64,000 bases of DNA from Octopus vulgaris (GCA_951406725.2 OX597834.1:29326001-29390000); one strand, 5' to 3'; positions 24,870 to 37,226 are shown, counted from the first letter of the stretch. Notes: generated from the sequence alone by a model not told the origin. Made by a program: numbers and translations.

Positions 24870-25052
24870 CTTTTATTCAATTAAAGCTGGAAAAACATCA
24901 CAAAAGAAAACTGCTACTCGGAGTTTCACATTCCTGTTCATAGGACAGTTGTGATAAATAATTCTTAATCAGGACTGCCGGACAAATGGGAATGCGAAAC
25001 TCTGAGTAGCAGTTTTCTCTTGTGATGTTTTTGCGACTTTGATAATGATAAA
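24870..25052. mobile_element. Inverted pair of Penelope-like terminal repeats with degenerate hammerhead motifs
   Basis: Arms aaaaacatcacaaaagaaaactgctactcggagtttcacattcc / ggaatgcgaaactctgagtagcagttttctcttgtgatgttttt; ACTGC-CGGACAA...GAAAC-TCTGA-GTA-GCAGT. Confidence 0.7.
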
Positions 25053-25129
25053 CAAAGCATATTGCTCTACCTCCTGTATTTGAGTACAATTTTTTTCAAA
25101 CATTTTCACATTTATGTGCTTACTCATAT

Positions 25130-25185
<56 letters not shown>

Positions 25186-25189
25186 GCGT

Positions 25190-25365
25190 GCGGGTGGCAC
25201 ATTAAAAAGCACCCACTATACTCACGGAGTGGTTGGCGTTAAGAAGGGCATCCAGCCGTAGAAACACTGCCAGACTGGGCCTGATGCAGCCTTCTGGCTT
25301 CACAGACCCCAGTTGAACCGTCCAACCCATGCTAGCATGGAAAGCGGATGCTAAATGATGATGAT
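25190..25365 (+). mobile_element. Family C 3' fragment
   Basis: ggtggcacattaaaaagcacc...aagggcatccagccgtagaaac...gctagcatggaaagcggatgctaaatgatgatg. Confidence 0.82.
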
Positions 25366-25479
25366 ATATATATATGAGAGAGAGAGAGACAGAGGGAGAT
25401 ATTGTATATGGGTAGAAATATAGGAAAAATAGAAGTTGGAAATTCACTAGAATAGATAAAGTGTACTGTCATGTGACAC

Positions 25480-25905
25480 AAACGTAGCGGAGGTGGGACT
25501 TACAAAAGGTTATAAACTTAATCATGTGTTCATTCTCTACAAACATTTGACAGAAAACATTAAGAGCATTGATTATTTGGACATGTTCAGTCAACCGTGT
25601 CAGCCTTAACTTGTCACTTGATACTAACACATGGACATAGCAGGGAACCTACAAAAATTTCTAAGACCAGTCATGTGACTATCCTCCACCAATTCAAAAC
25701 ATATACTAATTTGAGCCATGAACTCCCTATAAAAATAGGGCAAGTACTTCAAACACTAGTCAGAAGCAAGACAATTCCGACATAAGCCACGTCTTTCTAT
25801 TTCAACTTTTTGAAAATCAGTGTAAACTGAAACCGGTTAGTTTTAAATACATTTGATAAAAATTATTTTAACTATTCTCAGTGCACTTTCAACTTCTCTT
25901 TTTTC
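25480..25905 (+). mobile_element. Highly degenerate Penelope-like 3' end (GIY-YIG-like remnant plus pLTR)
   Basis: Residual IKEH...SALTCHLILTHGH motif, followed by aact-TTTTGAAAAT-cagtgtaaact-GAAAC-CG-GTT-agtt, a decayed minimal hammerhead. Confidence 0.45.
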
Positions 25906-26289
25906 CTACACACACACACACAAATAAGTTCCACTGTATGTGAGATGTGTAAGTGCATATGTGCACTTGCGTATTTATTTACAGTTGATTGATTGATTGA
26001 TTGATTCCAGTTTCAGCTCATGAGCTGTGGCCATGCTGGGGCACCGCCAGTTGCTGTGACTCTGACATTTACTGAGAGCAGTGTTGTTGATGGCACTTCT
26101 CTTGTCAGCAAACTTGCCAACTTACATCATGTCTTTGTAGAGATCTTACAATTGAAAAAGAAATAAGGGTTAGTAACAGGAAGGGCATCCAGCTGTAAAA
26201 CAGCAACAATGCATCAGTAATATACTTATTTAACATGGCAAACAGATATGAAAGTAAATGAGTGAAAGAATGATTGCTATATATATATA

Positions 26290-26704
26290 CTCTTTTACTC
26301 TTTTACTTGTTTCAGTCATTTGACTGCGGCCATGCTGGAGCATCGCCTTTTAGTCGAGCAAATCGACCCCGGGACTTATTCTTTGTAAGCCCAGTACTTA
26401 TTCAATCGGTCCCTTTTTGCCGAACCGCTAAGTGACGGGGATGTAAACACAGCAGCATCGGTTGTCAAGCAATGCTAGGGGGACAAACACAGACACACAA
26501 ACATACACGCACACACACACATATATATATATATACATATATACGACAGGCTTCTTTCAGTTTCCGTCTACCAAATCCACTCACAAGACATTGGTCAGCC
26601 CGGGGCTATAGCAGAAGACACTTGCCCAAGATGCCACGCAGTAGGACTGAACCCGGAACCATGTGGTTAGTTAGCAAGCTACTTACCACACAGCCACTCC
26701 TACG

Positions 26705-26706
<2 letters not shown>
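26290..26706 (-). mobile_element. SINE family A, full length and young
   Basis: Minus strand GGCGTAGGAGTGGCTGTGTGGTAAGTAGC...GGTTCAGTCC...AAACAAGTAAAAGAGTAAAAGAG, inserted in a (TA)n tract. Confidence 0.92.
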
Positions 26707-26750
<44 letters not shown>

Positions 26751-27207
26751 CATACACACACACACACACAGCCATTTCTACACATCTCACCAATGAATTA
26801 CAAATGTAAAAATGTGTTGAAACATTTGTAGTGATTTTTAATAAGAATGTTGATCATTCTGTTTTCTATCTATCTATCTATTTATCTATCTATATACATG
26901 TGTGTGTGTGTAAACTTATTAAACAAAGTATATATACATGTGTGAACAGTTGATACAAGTGAGTATAGGAACATCATGAAAAGTGAAGCTAGTTGCATAT
27001 GTGTGCACATGCAAATGTTTGAGGATGAATGCATATGACCAACATATCCTATTTTAGGACAGTAGGGTGTGATATGAGGAAAGTTTGGCTACTATTTCTT
27101 GGCAATCAAGTGGGAATGTAGAAGCTTCCTCATTGGTAGGATCCAAGAAGGTGTATGGCTTGTGGTGTGTGTGTATGTGTGTGTGTGAATGTTATACATG
27201 TGTGAAT

Positions 27208-27556
27208 CATCATCATCGTTTAACGTCCGCTTTCCATGCTAGCATGGGTTGGACGATTTGAATGAGGTCTGGCGAACCAGATGGCTGCACCAGGCTCCAA
27301 TCTGATCTGGCAGAGTTTCTACAGCTGGATGCCCTTCCTAACGCCAACCACTCCGAGAGTGTAGTGGGTGCTTTTACATGCCACCAGCACGAGGGCCAGT
27401 CAGGCGGTACTGGCAACGGCCACGCTCAAATGGTATTTTTATGTGCCACCTGCACAGGAGCCAGTCCAGTGGCACTGGCAACGACATCGCTCGAATATTT
27501 TTTCACATGCCACCAGCACAAGTGCTAGTAAGGCGATGCAGGTAATGATCACGCTC
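27208..27556 (-). mobile_element. Family C 3' fragment with internal repeats
   Basis: Homologous to 11018-11283. Confidence 0.82.
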
Positions 27557-28524
27557 GTGTGTGTGTATACATATATATATATACATACATGACAGATCGC
27601 TAGCCACTAGACATTCTTTATATACATATACATATATATATGGAAATCTTTGCATGTTTTTGTGGTGAGTGTATGAAAGTTGTATGTGTGCAAATATATG
27701 TGTGTTTGTGTGTGCGTGATGCAATATATGAGTGCATTTGCACATAGATGTGTTTGTGTTTCTGCACATGCATTTGTTGTGTGTGTGTGTGTGCATGTTT
27801 GTATTGTGTGTGTATCTAAATGTTATGTGTACATGGATGCATATATGTGTGATGTATGTGTGCATGCACATGTGTGAGTGCATTTGTGTGCATGTGTTTT
27901 AAATATGTTTGAATGCTGTATATATGAAGGAATATATGCATAAGTGTATGTGTCGTATGTGTGTCTGTGTATATGCGAATGTGTATGTGGTATGTGTGGT
28001 GATCTACATGTATATATGTGTGTGTAGTGAGGCACACCAGTCAATCAACCAGTAGCAATCCTTTGATTAGTCAACTGAATGACTTGTTTTATATATGGCA
28101 GATTGTACAGGGTTGGGTGGTGTGGCAGGGTAGTGCTCCAGGGTGAGGGAAGGGATTTAGATATTGTAATTGTCGATAAGAAGACTGTAAAGCTCAAACC
28201 CATGTGGTTGGAAGGTAATTAAGGGTTATCTTGATTTTTGGGGGCTAGGGATGAATATACGGGGCAGTGGTAATTTTTGTGGTTATTGTTATTGTTTAAC
28301 CACAAGACAACCTTCTGTGAGTAGACCAATGATCAAAGATATTCTGGCTATGACCATCTGAACTTTTAATCTTTATCTAAGATTATATGATCCAGCGTGC
28401 CCTTTATATTTTATAGATGTAAGAATTTGTAATTTATGAGAGATTTGGTTGCTATTTCTAGCATATTGATCGAACTCACTGAGGGTTCCTCATTGGGTGA
28501 AGTTGTCATGGTTGTGGTTGTGCT

Positions 28525-28798
28525 CAGGTTTTCTCTTCCTTCCGTAGAAAAAAAAATTCAAATTGGACCATGTTAACACCAAAAATTATTTACATCAAAA
28601 AGGTGCTTTTTTTTCTATGAAAAACCCTATTTTTTATGATTTTTTTACTGCTGTGTCGCCATTTTTCGGTGTATTTCAACCAGAAAAATGTTCACTTATA
28701 GAGAATAACAAGCTACATAATGCAAAACTTTTACTTTTCAAAAATTCCAATTCTAAAGGGTCGAAACAAACCCGAGCAATGCCGGGCGATACTGCTAG
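28525..28798 (+). mobile_element. Non-autonomous Helitron 3' portion
   Basis: Subterminal GC hairpin CCCGAGC-AAT-GCCGGG (28771-28786), 8 nt before terminal CTAG (28795-28798) followed by T. The 5' boundary is uncertain. Confidence 0.7.
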
Positions 28799-28914
28799 TA
28801 TTATTAAAAATTGTATTTAAGAAAATATAAAAACATTTTGTGTGCTGTATAACAAACTTACGGCACATGAATTTTAACAAGAGAATCTTATATGGATTTC
28901 CATGGGTCATATAG

Positions 28915-29143
28915 GCAGTGAGCTGGCAGAACCGTTAGCACGCCAGGTGAAATGCGTAGCCATATTTCATCTGCCGTTACGTTCTGAGTTCAAATTCCGC
29001 CGAGGTCGACTTTGCCTTTCATCCTTTAGGGGTCGATAATATTTAGTACCAGTTATGCAGTGGGGTCGATGTAATCGACTTAATCCGTTTGTCTGTCCTT
29101 GTTTGTCCCCTCTATGTTTAGCCCCCTGTGGGTAATAAAGAAA
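28915..29143 (+). mobile_element. SINE family B, full length, with 7-bp TSD CATATAG
   Basis: TSD at 28908-28914 and 29144-29150. Confidence 0.9.
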
Positions 29144-29818
29144 CATATAGACCTTGGTTGAGAATCACTGGTTTAATACGTCGTTCCCTTTTTAAAGCAA
29201 TAGGGTGAGATTTGAGGGAAATTTAGCTGCTGTTTCTAGTAGATTGAAAGCTGACTCAAGTAGTTGATGCCGTTTGTAATGATATTGGTAGTGTTGGAGG
29301 TGGGTTGTTTGTTGGAGTTATTGGTGTTGGTGGATCGGTGGATCATGGAAAGGCAGAGGTGAAGAGTGTGTGTGTGGCTCTGTTTTCTTTTATAATAGCC
29401 ATGTAAAGAGATACCATCAGAATAGTGTTGGGTGGTAGCACTGAGCCTAGGAGAGGGGCAGAGGGTTAGGAAAGGAGCAGTGATTTCAATATAGATACCA
29501 ACTGAGCCCTGTTTCAAGTGAAGGCAGAGCAGCACACAAAAACATCATAGGCACAAGTTCGGCTTTCATTGTTTGGCATTCGATTGAGTGTGTAATGCGT
29601 GTATAATGTGTGTATAATGGGTTCATAATGTTTATTCATACATATGTATGTGTGTATAAATATAAATACATATGGATAGATATATATATATATATACATT
29701 CAAACTTGCATATACAGATATATGTGTGTGTGTATGTATATATATATATATGTATTTGTGTGTGTATATATATATATATATATATGTATTTGTGTGTGTA
29801 TATATATATATATGTATT

Positions 29819-29851
<33 letters not shown>

Positions 29852-29934
29852 TTGTGTGTGTGTGTATATATATATATATATACACACACACACATAAATA
29901 CAAGTGTGTACCTGTATGTTTTCTTTTATTCTTT

Positions 29935-30246
29935 CTTTTGTTTGTATCAGTCATTTGACTGCGGCCATACTGGAGCATCGCCTTTAGTTGAGGAAATCAA
30001 TCCCAGGACTTATTCTTTGTAAGCCTAGTACTTATTCTGTCAATCTCTTTTAAGTTACAGGTATGTAAACACATCGACATCGGTTGTCAAGCAATGATGT
30101 GTGGACAGACACAGAAACACAAGTACGTTATATATATGTATATACATATAATATATATACATATATATACGACAGTCTTCTTCCAGTTTCTGTCTACCAA
30201 ATTCACTCATAAGGCTTTGGTCAGCCCAAGGCTATAGTAGAAGACA
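29935..30246 (-). mobile_element. SINE family A, 5'-truncated
   Basis: Matches 26290-26620. Confidence 0.85.
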
Positions 30247-30307
30247 AATATATGTGTGTGTGTATGTATATATGTATATATATAAGTGTCTGTTTATATG
30301 TATGTAT

Positions 30308-30348
<41 letters not shown>

Positions 30349-30390
30349 CACACACACATATATGTTTGTGTGTATATGTACATATATATT

Positions 30391-31231
30391 CAGGGTGTAG
30401 TGAATAAACTGTCATCTAAATTGTGCAACAATGGAAATTACACTGACATCTCATTTTAAGAGATATATATTTACCAAAATTACATAAGAATATCTTGAAA
30501 TACTAAAAATAAAATTTATTCAATAAAATCAGAATCTCCTGAAACTCTTCTGGACATTCTCCTTGTTTAAGTTGGTGAATGCAGCAATAATCCTTGCCTT
30601 CAGTTCATCTTTGGTGTTACAAGGAGTTTTCTTGGGTCTCCTGTTCAACTGCACCCCACACATAATAATCAAGGGGGTTGCAGTCTGGAGAATTAGGTGG
30701 CCAGACGTTAGGGGTGATGTGGTTACAGAAATTGTCTGACAGCCATGACTAGGTTCTCCTGCTTGTGTGGCATGGTGTAGAGTTCTTTTGCCAGACATAG
30801 GGTCTTCCAGCAGCCACTCTCTTGACCCAGGGCAGCACTACCTCCTCGAGGCACTTGATGTAGGCCTCCATGTTGAGTCTGAGGCCATGTGGGAAGATGA
30901 AAGGAGGCATAACATCACCATCACTAGTGATTGCTCCAAACACCATGATACTGACTGGATGTTTGACTTTTATCACACTTGGTACATGTTTTCAGATTGA
31001 TACTCAAACACTCTGAAATGTTCGTATTGGAGCTTCCAGCATCAATGCCAAGCAGTACAGCATATCGTTTCCAAATTTCTGGCAGATTGAATTGTGTCAT
31101 GGCACTGTTTTTCTCGCAGATGGTGCCCATCTGACCCTACTATACTGTGTAGTCAAGGAAATCAACAACAAACAATGCACATGTGTGAAATAAAAAATAT
31201 AAAATGGCGTCAATTTACCCATCGTATCCTG
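30391..31231 (-). mobile_element. Internally deleted, decayed Tc1/mariner DD37D (maT-type) transposon
   Basis: Minus strand KHPVSIMVFGAITSDG...YVWQKNSTPCHTSRRT*SWLSDNFCNHITPNVWPPNSPDCNPLDYYVW...NTKDELKARI, with 37 residues between the second (mutated D to N) and third catalytic positions. Degenerate CAGGG/CAGGA TIRs lie in TA tracts. Confidence 0.9.
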
Positions 31232-31304
31232 TATATATACATATACATATCCATATACATACATACATACATACATACAGATGATGACCAAATATGCACA
31301 GCCA

Positions 31305-31504
31305 CAGGCATAGCCATGTAGTAAAAAGTTTGCTTCTCAAGCATAAGATCTTGGGTTCAGTCCTACCATGTGACACCTTTGTTAAGTCTCTCTTTACTAT
31401 AGTCTATACCAAGCAAAACCTTGTGAGTGGATTTGGTTGATGAAATCTGAAAGAAGCCTGTTGTATGTATGTATATATACTTGTGTGTGTGTGTGTGTGC
31501 ATGC

Positions 31505-31537
<33 letters not shown>

Positions 31538-31785
31538 CCTCCTTCTCTTGACATCTTGTGATAGTTGGAAATGAAAGTCCCTAATCATACAAGTAGTGTC
31601 TTTCGTTTACAATCTCCCATGAAAACATGTCTGGTCATGAGGAATATCACCTTGGAAACAAATAAGTGTTGGCAACAGGAAGGTCATCCAGCTGTAGAAA
31701 ACCTACCTTGACAAATTCTGTCCAACCCATGCCAGCATGGAAAAGTGGACATTAAATGATGATGACAATGATGACAATGACGACG
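31305..31785 (+). mobile_element. Old SINE: family A tRNA head with an RTE-like (family C) tail
   Basis: Head ccttgtgagtggatttggttgatgaaatctgaaagaagcc; tail ggcaacaggaaggtcatccagctgtagaaa...gcatggaaaagtggacattaaatgatgatg. Confidence 0.72.
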
Positions 31786-32814
31786 TGGTCATGTCCTTCA
31801 CTCTGTAAAAGATTGTGGAGAATGATTCAAGGTAGATTTGGTTATTACATCTAGAAGGGCAACACACCACGGGATGGTTTCCTCAATGGCTCCTCAGTAA
31901 GTACCCGTGGTATACTTATAGGATACAGTGGTTGATTTCAATCGATTAAGTACTGGCATGGCTGTGTGGTTAAGAAGTTTGCTTCTCAACAACATAGTCT
32001 TGAGTTCAATCCCACTCTATTCTCTCCATATTCCTAGTTCTTGCCCATGTAAAATATGAGAGGTTTTTCTGCCATATACCACTACAACTACTACTACTAC
32101 AATATGTGTTGCTGTTGTTGTTGTGATTGCTCTCAGTGTTTCCCTATCTCCACACCCTCCCCATTATCATCATCAATGTTCTGTGGAGCTGGGATCTTTT
32201 TTTTTTTCCTTAAAATTTTCTTCTTTTTTTTTACTGATATTCAACAAACATATTCATTCAGCTATTTAAAGCAAAATAGCAACAACAACAAGAAGAATAA
32301 CATCCACAACTTTGAATGGAGTCTTTCACTGAGAGCAGCAGGGTGGTGGGTGGGACTGGGGGTGAAGGGTGAGGGCTGTAACAAAACGAATTTCCACCTA
32401 CATTAACAAACAAAACACAAATAAAAAAAGAATTAACAACCTTTTGGCTTGTGCTTTCCGCCACACCTACCACCACCACCACCACGACCAAAAACAACAA
32501 CAAAACTATCACCCCCACCACCAACACCACTACCCTATCCTGTAAGCCACTCACCCCCTACCCCCTGTCCTACTAGACATTGTTAAGAGTTGAGGTCTCA
32601 GCTGTATGATCGGCCCCCTTGCTTCTTGTTGCGGCTTTGTTTTGAAAGTCTCTTCCCAGACCAACAAATATTGATCCTCAATTGACAATTGACGAGGAGC
32701 TCTACTGGTTTTGTTATTGCTTTTACAAGAGACAAATTATTGTAGTAGCATAGAATAACAGGTAAATGAAGCATTGGAAACATGTAGAGATGTGTATATA
32801 TATATATATATATA

Positions 32815-33047
32815 TCGATCGTGACCGATGCCGGACCCCCCGGCCCCTGTGCAGGTGGCACGTAAAAAGCACCCAATCCACTCACGGAGTGGTTGGCGTT
32901 AGGAAGGGCATCCAGCCGTAGAAACTCTGCCAGAATCAGACTGGAGCCTGGAGCGGCCCCTGGCTTCCCAGACCCCGGTCGAACCGTCCAACCCGTGCTA
33001 GCGCGGAAAACGGACGTTAAACGATGATGATGATGATGATGATGATG

Positions 33048-33048
<1 letters not shown>
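32815..33048 (+). mobile_element. Family C 3' fragment, young (CpG-rich)
   Basis: ggtggcacgtaaaaagcacc...cggacgttaaacgatgatgatg inside (TA)n. Confidence 0.88.
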
Positions 33049-33106
<58 letters not shown>

Positions 33107-33139
33107 CAATATATATATATATATACATATATACACACA

Positions 33140-33200
<61 letters not shown>

Positions 33201-33229
33201 TATACATATATATATATACATATATATAC

Positions 33230-33279
<50 letters not shown>

Positions 33280-33689
33280 GAGAGATAGAGACACAAACAC
33301 ACAGACATATATATGCATGTGTGTGTACATGTAAATGAACATACTTATATATGTAGACAACCATACACACATGGACACGGACACACAGATAGACACATAT
33401 ACACGTATGTGTTCATGTGTGTGATGTGTGCATGCAGCCAGAAAATATGCATTTAAAGAGACCTTCATACTGTATCTATGTTAGTAGCATGTACACAGAC
33501 ACAAACATACATACACACATACATATTTAGTCTCGACTCTCTGAAGGTAACAAGAGCTAACAAAAGCTCGACAACATGATGTTTATGGTGAAATACTATT
33601 AAACATATGGGGACCTATTGTTGTGAACTATTATTTTACATATGAAGGATTCTTTTATTAGAAATTCTTGAACCAAGTTAATGTCTGAC

Positions 33690-34385
33690 TTTGAGGTGGA
33701 TCAGGTTGTCTTATTTAAGAATGGATACCAGGGTGGACTGGGGTGTTTTAGTTGGGGCTGGATTGAGGTGTCTTAGTTAAGGTTGACTGGGGGGGTTTAT
33801 TTTAAGGTGAAAAAGGGCGTCTTCAAGGCCGGATTAGGCCCTTGACACTTCAAAGGTTTTGATGCCCCCCATATATATATATGGAATTTAAAAATATAAA
33901 CAATAATAAACCATAAAAGAAATATTTATTTTTCAAAATGACACAAAACTGTAAAATGGAAAAATAATGTTTATTTCTGCTTTATTTATATTTGAAAAGT
34001 TTCCTCCTATTTTTTTTAACTGTAAAGTCATTGTTTGGATCCTCACTATGACACCATACACATTTGAAAATTATATTTCTGATCATATAAACCACATTGA
34101 ATATTATTTTAGCAAGTTTAAAGTGATTTCTTTTGTATTGTAAACCATTTACCATTTCCTTGATGTCCCATTTCCCTTCATACCCTGAGCTTATTTTGCA
34201 CTGGGTGGATTATTTAAGGGTATATTGGATGTCTTCTTTTTGGGGTGAACTGGGATGTCTTATTTTAGGATGGGCTGTATTTTCTATTTTGGTGTTAATT
34301 GGGTGCTTTTTTTTTAAAAGGGTTAACTATGTGTCTTGTTTAAGAGTGCACTAAGGCTAGGCTGGGGTGGCTGGAGTGTCTTAAC
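33690..34385. repeat. Degenerate minisatellite of about 25 bp (ggggtggactggggtgtcttatttta), split by an AT-rich insert at about 33825-34185
   Basis: Eroded units visible at 33690-33823 and 34188-34385. Confidence 0.55.
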
Positions 34386-35258
34386 ATTCATTGTCAGAAC
34401 CAACAAATGAACGAATATAACAAACATAGAAGCAGTGAAAATATACAGTTCAGAGACTCAGGAATAATTGAGTTGTGAACACATATTATTATTGGCATGT
34501 TTAGCTCTCTGATCAAACAAATCTACAATTAAAAGGGACTCTGGCCATGATCATCTTGTCTTTTTGTACATCTGGGATTACACTGCCGAACGTGTCCTTC
34601 ATATTTTAAGATAATAGGATGTGATGTTAGCAAGATTTGACTGCTATTTCTAGCAGGTGTGGGTAACCATACAACAGCACCCCTGTTGGATCGGATTGAA
34701 TTATACATCAGTTTCATGTGCTCGTATGCTCTAACAATTCACTTTCATAAGAAGGAAGGTACTCTACACTGGTGTAATGCGGGTATATACGTATACCTGC
34801 ATGTGTGTATCATTTATGTTTCCACCTGTGTGTGTGTGTGCGTTCATCTGCATATGTGTGTGTGCATGTATGAGTTTGTATAAGTGTGTGTCTGCACATA
34901 TATGCATGCATATGTTTACATGTGTATGCGTGTGTTGCTGTATGGGTATGAGTGTATATGTGTATGGTATGTGGACATAAGACAGTGAAAGAGAGAGAGA
35001 GAAAAAGAGAGGGGGAAGAAGGGTATTTGACAAGATGTACTCAGATGACAGAAGATCAGTTTGATAGTTTGGAATTCAATCTGGGTGGATGACTGAAGAA
35101 ATGGGTGGATTGAAGGAATGGGAGATGAGAGAAAATGTGTTAGGGTGGCCAGAGGAATGAAAGCTAAAAAAAGGACAGATGATAGACATGTGTGCATATG
35201 CATGTGTATGTATGTATGCGTATATGTATGAGGGTCTAACAGCCAATACTATAACTGT

Positions 35259-35484
35259 CAAGCTGGCAGAATCATTAGCACGCCGGGCGAAATTCTTAGT
35301 GGTATTTCGCCTGCCGCTACGTTCTGAGTTCAAATTCCGCCAAGGTCGACTTAGCCTTTCATCCTTTCGGGGTCGATTAAATAAGTACCAGTTACGCACT
35401 GGGGTCAATGTAATCGACTTAATCCCTTTGTCTGTCCTTGTTTGTCCCTTCTATGTTTAGCCCCTTGTGGGCAATAAAGAAATA
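35259..35484 (+). mobile_element. SINE family B with 11-bp TSD ACTATAACTGT
   Basis: TSD at 35248-35258 and 35485-35495. Confidence 0.92.
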
Positions 35485-35614
35485 ACTATAACTGTTAGAC
35501 TATCAGTGATGAAGGTGTGTGTGTAGGAGCAGCTATATTTTCTTGGAAATCCTGATGGCGTAAACTTGGTGCAAATGCTTGTCACAAACCCAATAAAAAC
35601 ATACCTCAGGTTTC

Positions 35615-35885
35615 TTTCTGGTACTTATTTTACTGGTTTTTTATGCCGAACCGCTAAGTCATGGGCATGTAAACACCCCCAACACTGGTTGTCAAGCAGT
35701 GGTGGGGGATAAACACAGACAAAAAGACATATGATGGATTTCTTTCAGTTTCCATCTATATAATTCACTGACAAGGCTTTGGTTGGGTCATAGTAAAAGA
35801 CACTTGTCCAAGGGACCACGCAGTGGGACCGAACCTAGAACTATCTGGTTGAGAAGCAAACCTCTTACCACACAGCTACATCTGC
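35615..35885 (-). mobile_element. SINE family A, diverged
   Basis: gccgaaccgctaagt...tctttcagtttccatct...gacacttgtccaagg...cttaccacacagc. Confidence 0.8.
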
Positions 35886-35899
35886 TCCTTAACTATGCA

Positions 35900-35959
35900 T
35901 TCCCATGTTAGGAATTGAACCCAGGTTGCCTGGGTGAAAGCCAAGAATCCTAGCCATTA
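35900..35959 (-). pseudogene. 5'-truncated tRNA-Glu(UUC) pseudogene
   Basis: Minus strand TAATGGCTAGGATTCTTGGCTTTCACCCAGGCAACCTGGGTTCAATTCCTAACATGGGAA, with the metazoan tRNA-Glu anticodon arm (CTTTCAC), T-arm and GGGAA end. The 5' acceptor strand is missing. Confidence 0.8.
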
Positions 35960-36376
35960 TATATATATTAAGATCTGAAATATAAGATCTTCTCCACCCT
36001 GGAGGCTCATCTCATCCAATATTAATTGCATCCATACAGCTACATATTGTGATGAACTAAATCTACCAACATTATTATGGAATGCTGAGCTCCCAGAAAC
36101 ACCTGTTGGGCTCATAACACCCTTCTTCCACCCCTTTTAATTTTTTTCTGTCGTTTGAGTAAGTTGGATCAATTATTATAAATATCTTTGTTTTTTATAC
36201 ATAAAAATTCATTATCTGAAGGTTTCCACCTTTTGCTTCCTCTTGCTTTGCATGTATACATATATATTTTGAATTTGATGTATTTAATATATTTTATATA
36301 TTTGATGTGTCTAATTTGTTTTATATGCATAATTGCCTCTAAACCCACTCAGCTTGATCCCTCTTATAGCCTTTCC

Positions 36377-36605
36377 TTAACCCCTTTGATACCAACCCGG
36401 CTGAAACCGGCTCTGGCTCTGTAGTACAAATGTCTTGTTTTCATAAGTTTTGAATTAAAATCTTCCATCAAAACTTAGTCACAATTTAGTTCCTAACACT
36501 AGCTTAATGATAACTAAGTTATTTCACTAAATTCTTTGTTATATTTAAAATTAATTGAAAGAAACACAGAGCATCTCAATAGAAATATGGTAACAAAAGG
36601 GTTAA
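36377..36605. mobile_element. piggyBac-like MITE with TTAA TSD
   Basis: TTAA-CCCCTTTGATACCA...TGGTAACAAAAGGG-TTAA; near-identical to 44468 and 63688. Confidence 0.9.
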
Positions 36606-36943
36606 CCTTGTGGAATCAATCCCCTGTAAAGACATCGAAGTCTAAGCTTGTATCTTTTGGGCATTACTAAGTGTCTTCTATACCGAGAATTTCTGAATCT
36701 CATCTGTGAACAATATATATATAATTTTTTTCGTAATGAGATAAAAAAACCAAGGCTGTGTAGATTTTTATATCTCATTACAAAAAAAATGTTTTTTCTA
36801 TATACACATACTGACATATGACCAACGTTGAACCCCTTATTCGCATAATCACCAAACCTGGAACTTAACTATGGTCTATCTATAGCACTTATTCAGCATT
36901 ACCTGACATCTTTGGCTCTCAATGACACCATCATCTCTCATAA

Positions 36944-36976
<33 letters not shown>

Positions 36977-36978
<2 letters not shown>

Positions 36979-37226
36979 TAATAAAAAAGGTTCAGCAAAG
37001 AATTGCCTCACCACACACCGAAGTTCAGAAATAGCAGCCAAAAATCTTAGCCATTTCTTCTACTTTAAAAAGGGTCTTCCAGAGAAACCAAAATACTTGT
37101 GAATAACCTTCAAGTATTTTTTTATTAGTATTACTAAATTTACCGTGTAACGGTCCTGTTTTCATACCGAATTCTACTTGGTGAAATTTATTGATTACTT
37201 CTTAATTAATTAATTTTACCCTTTGT

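Noticed and set aside
26620-26706. SINE heads as functional tRNA genes
   Set aside because: A/B boxes are present but there is no complete cloverleaf, and each head continues into a SINE body and tail.
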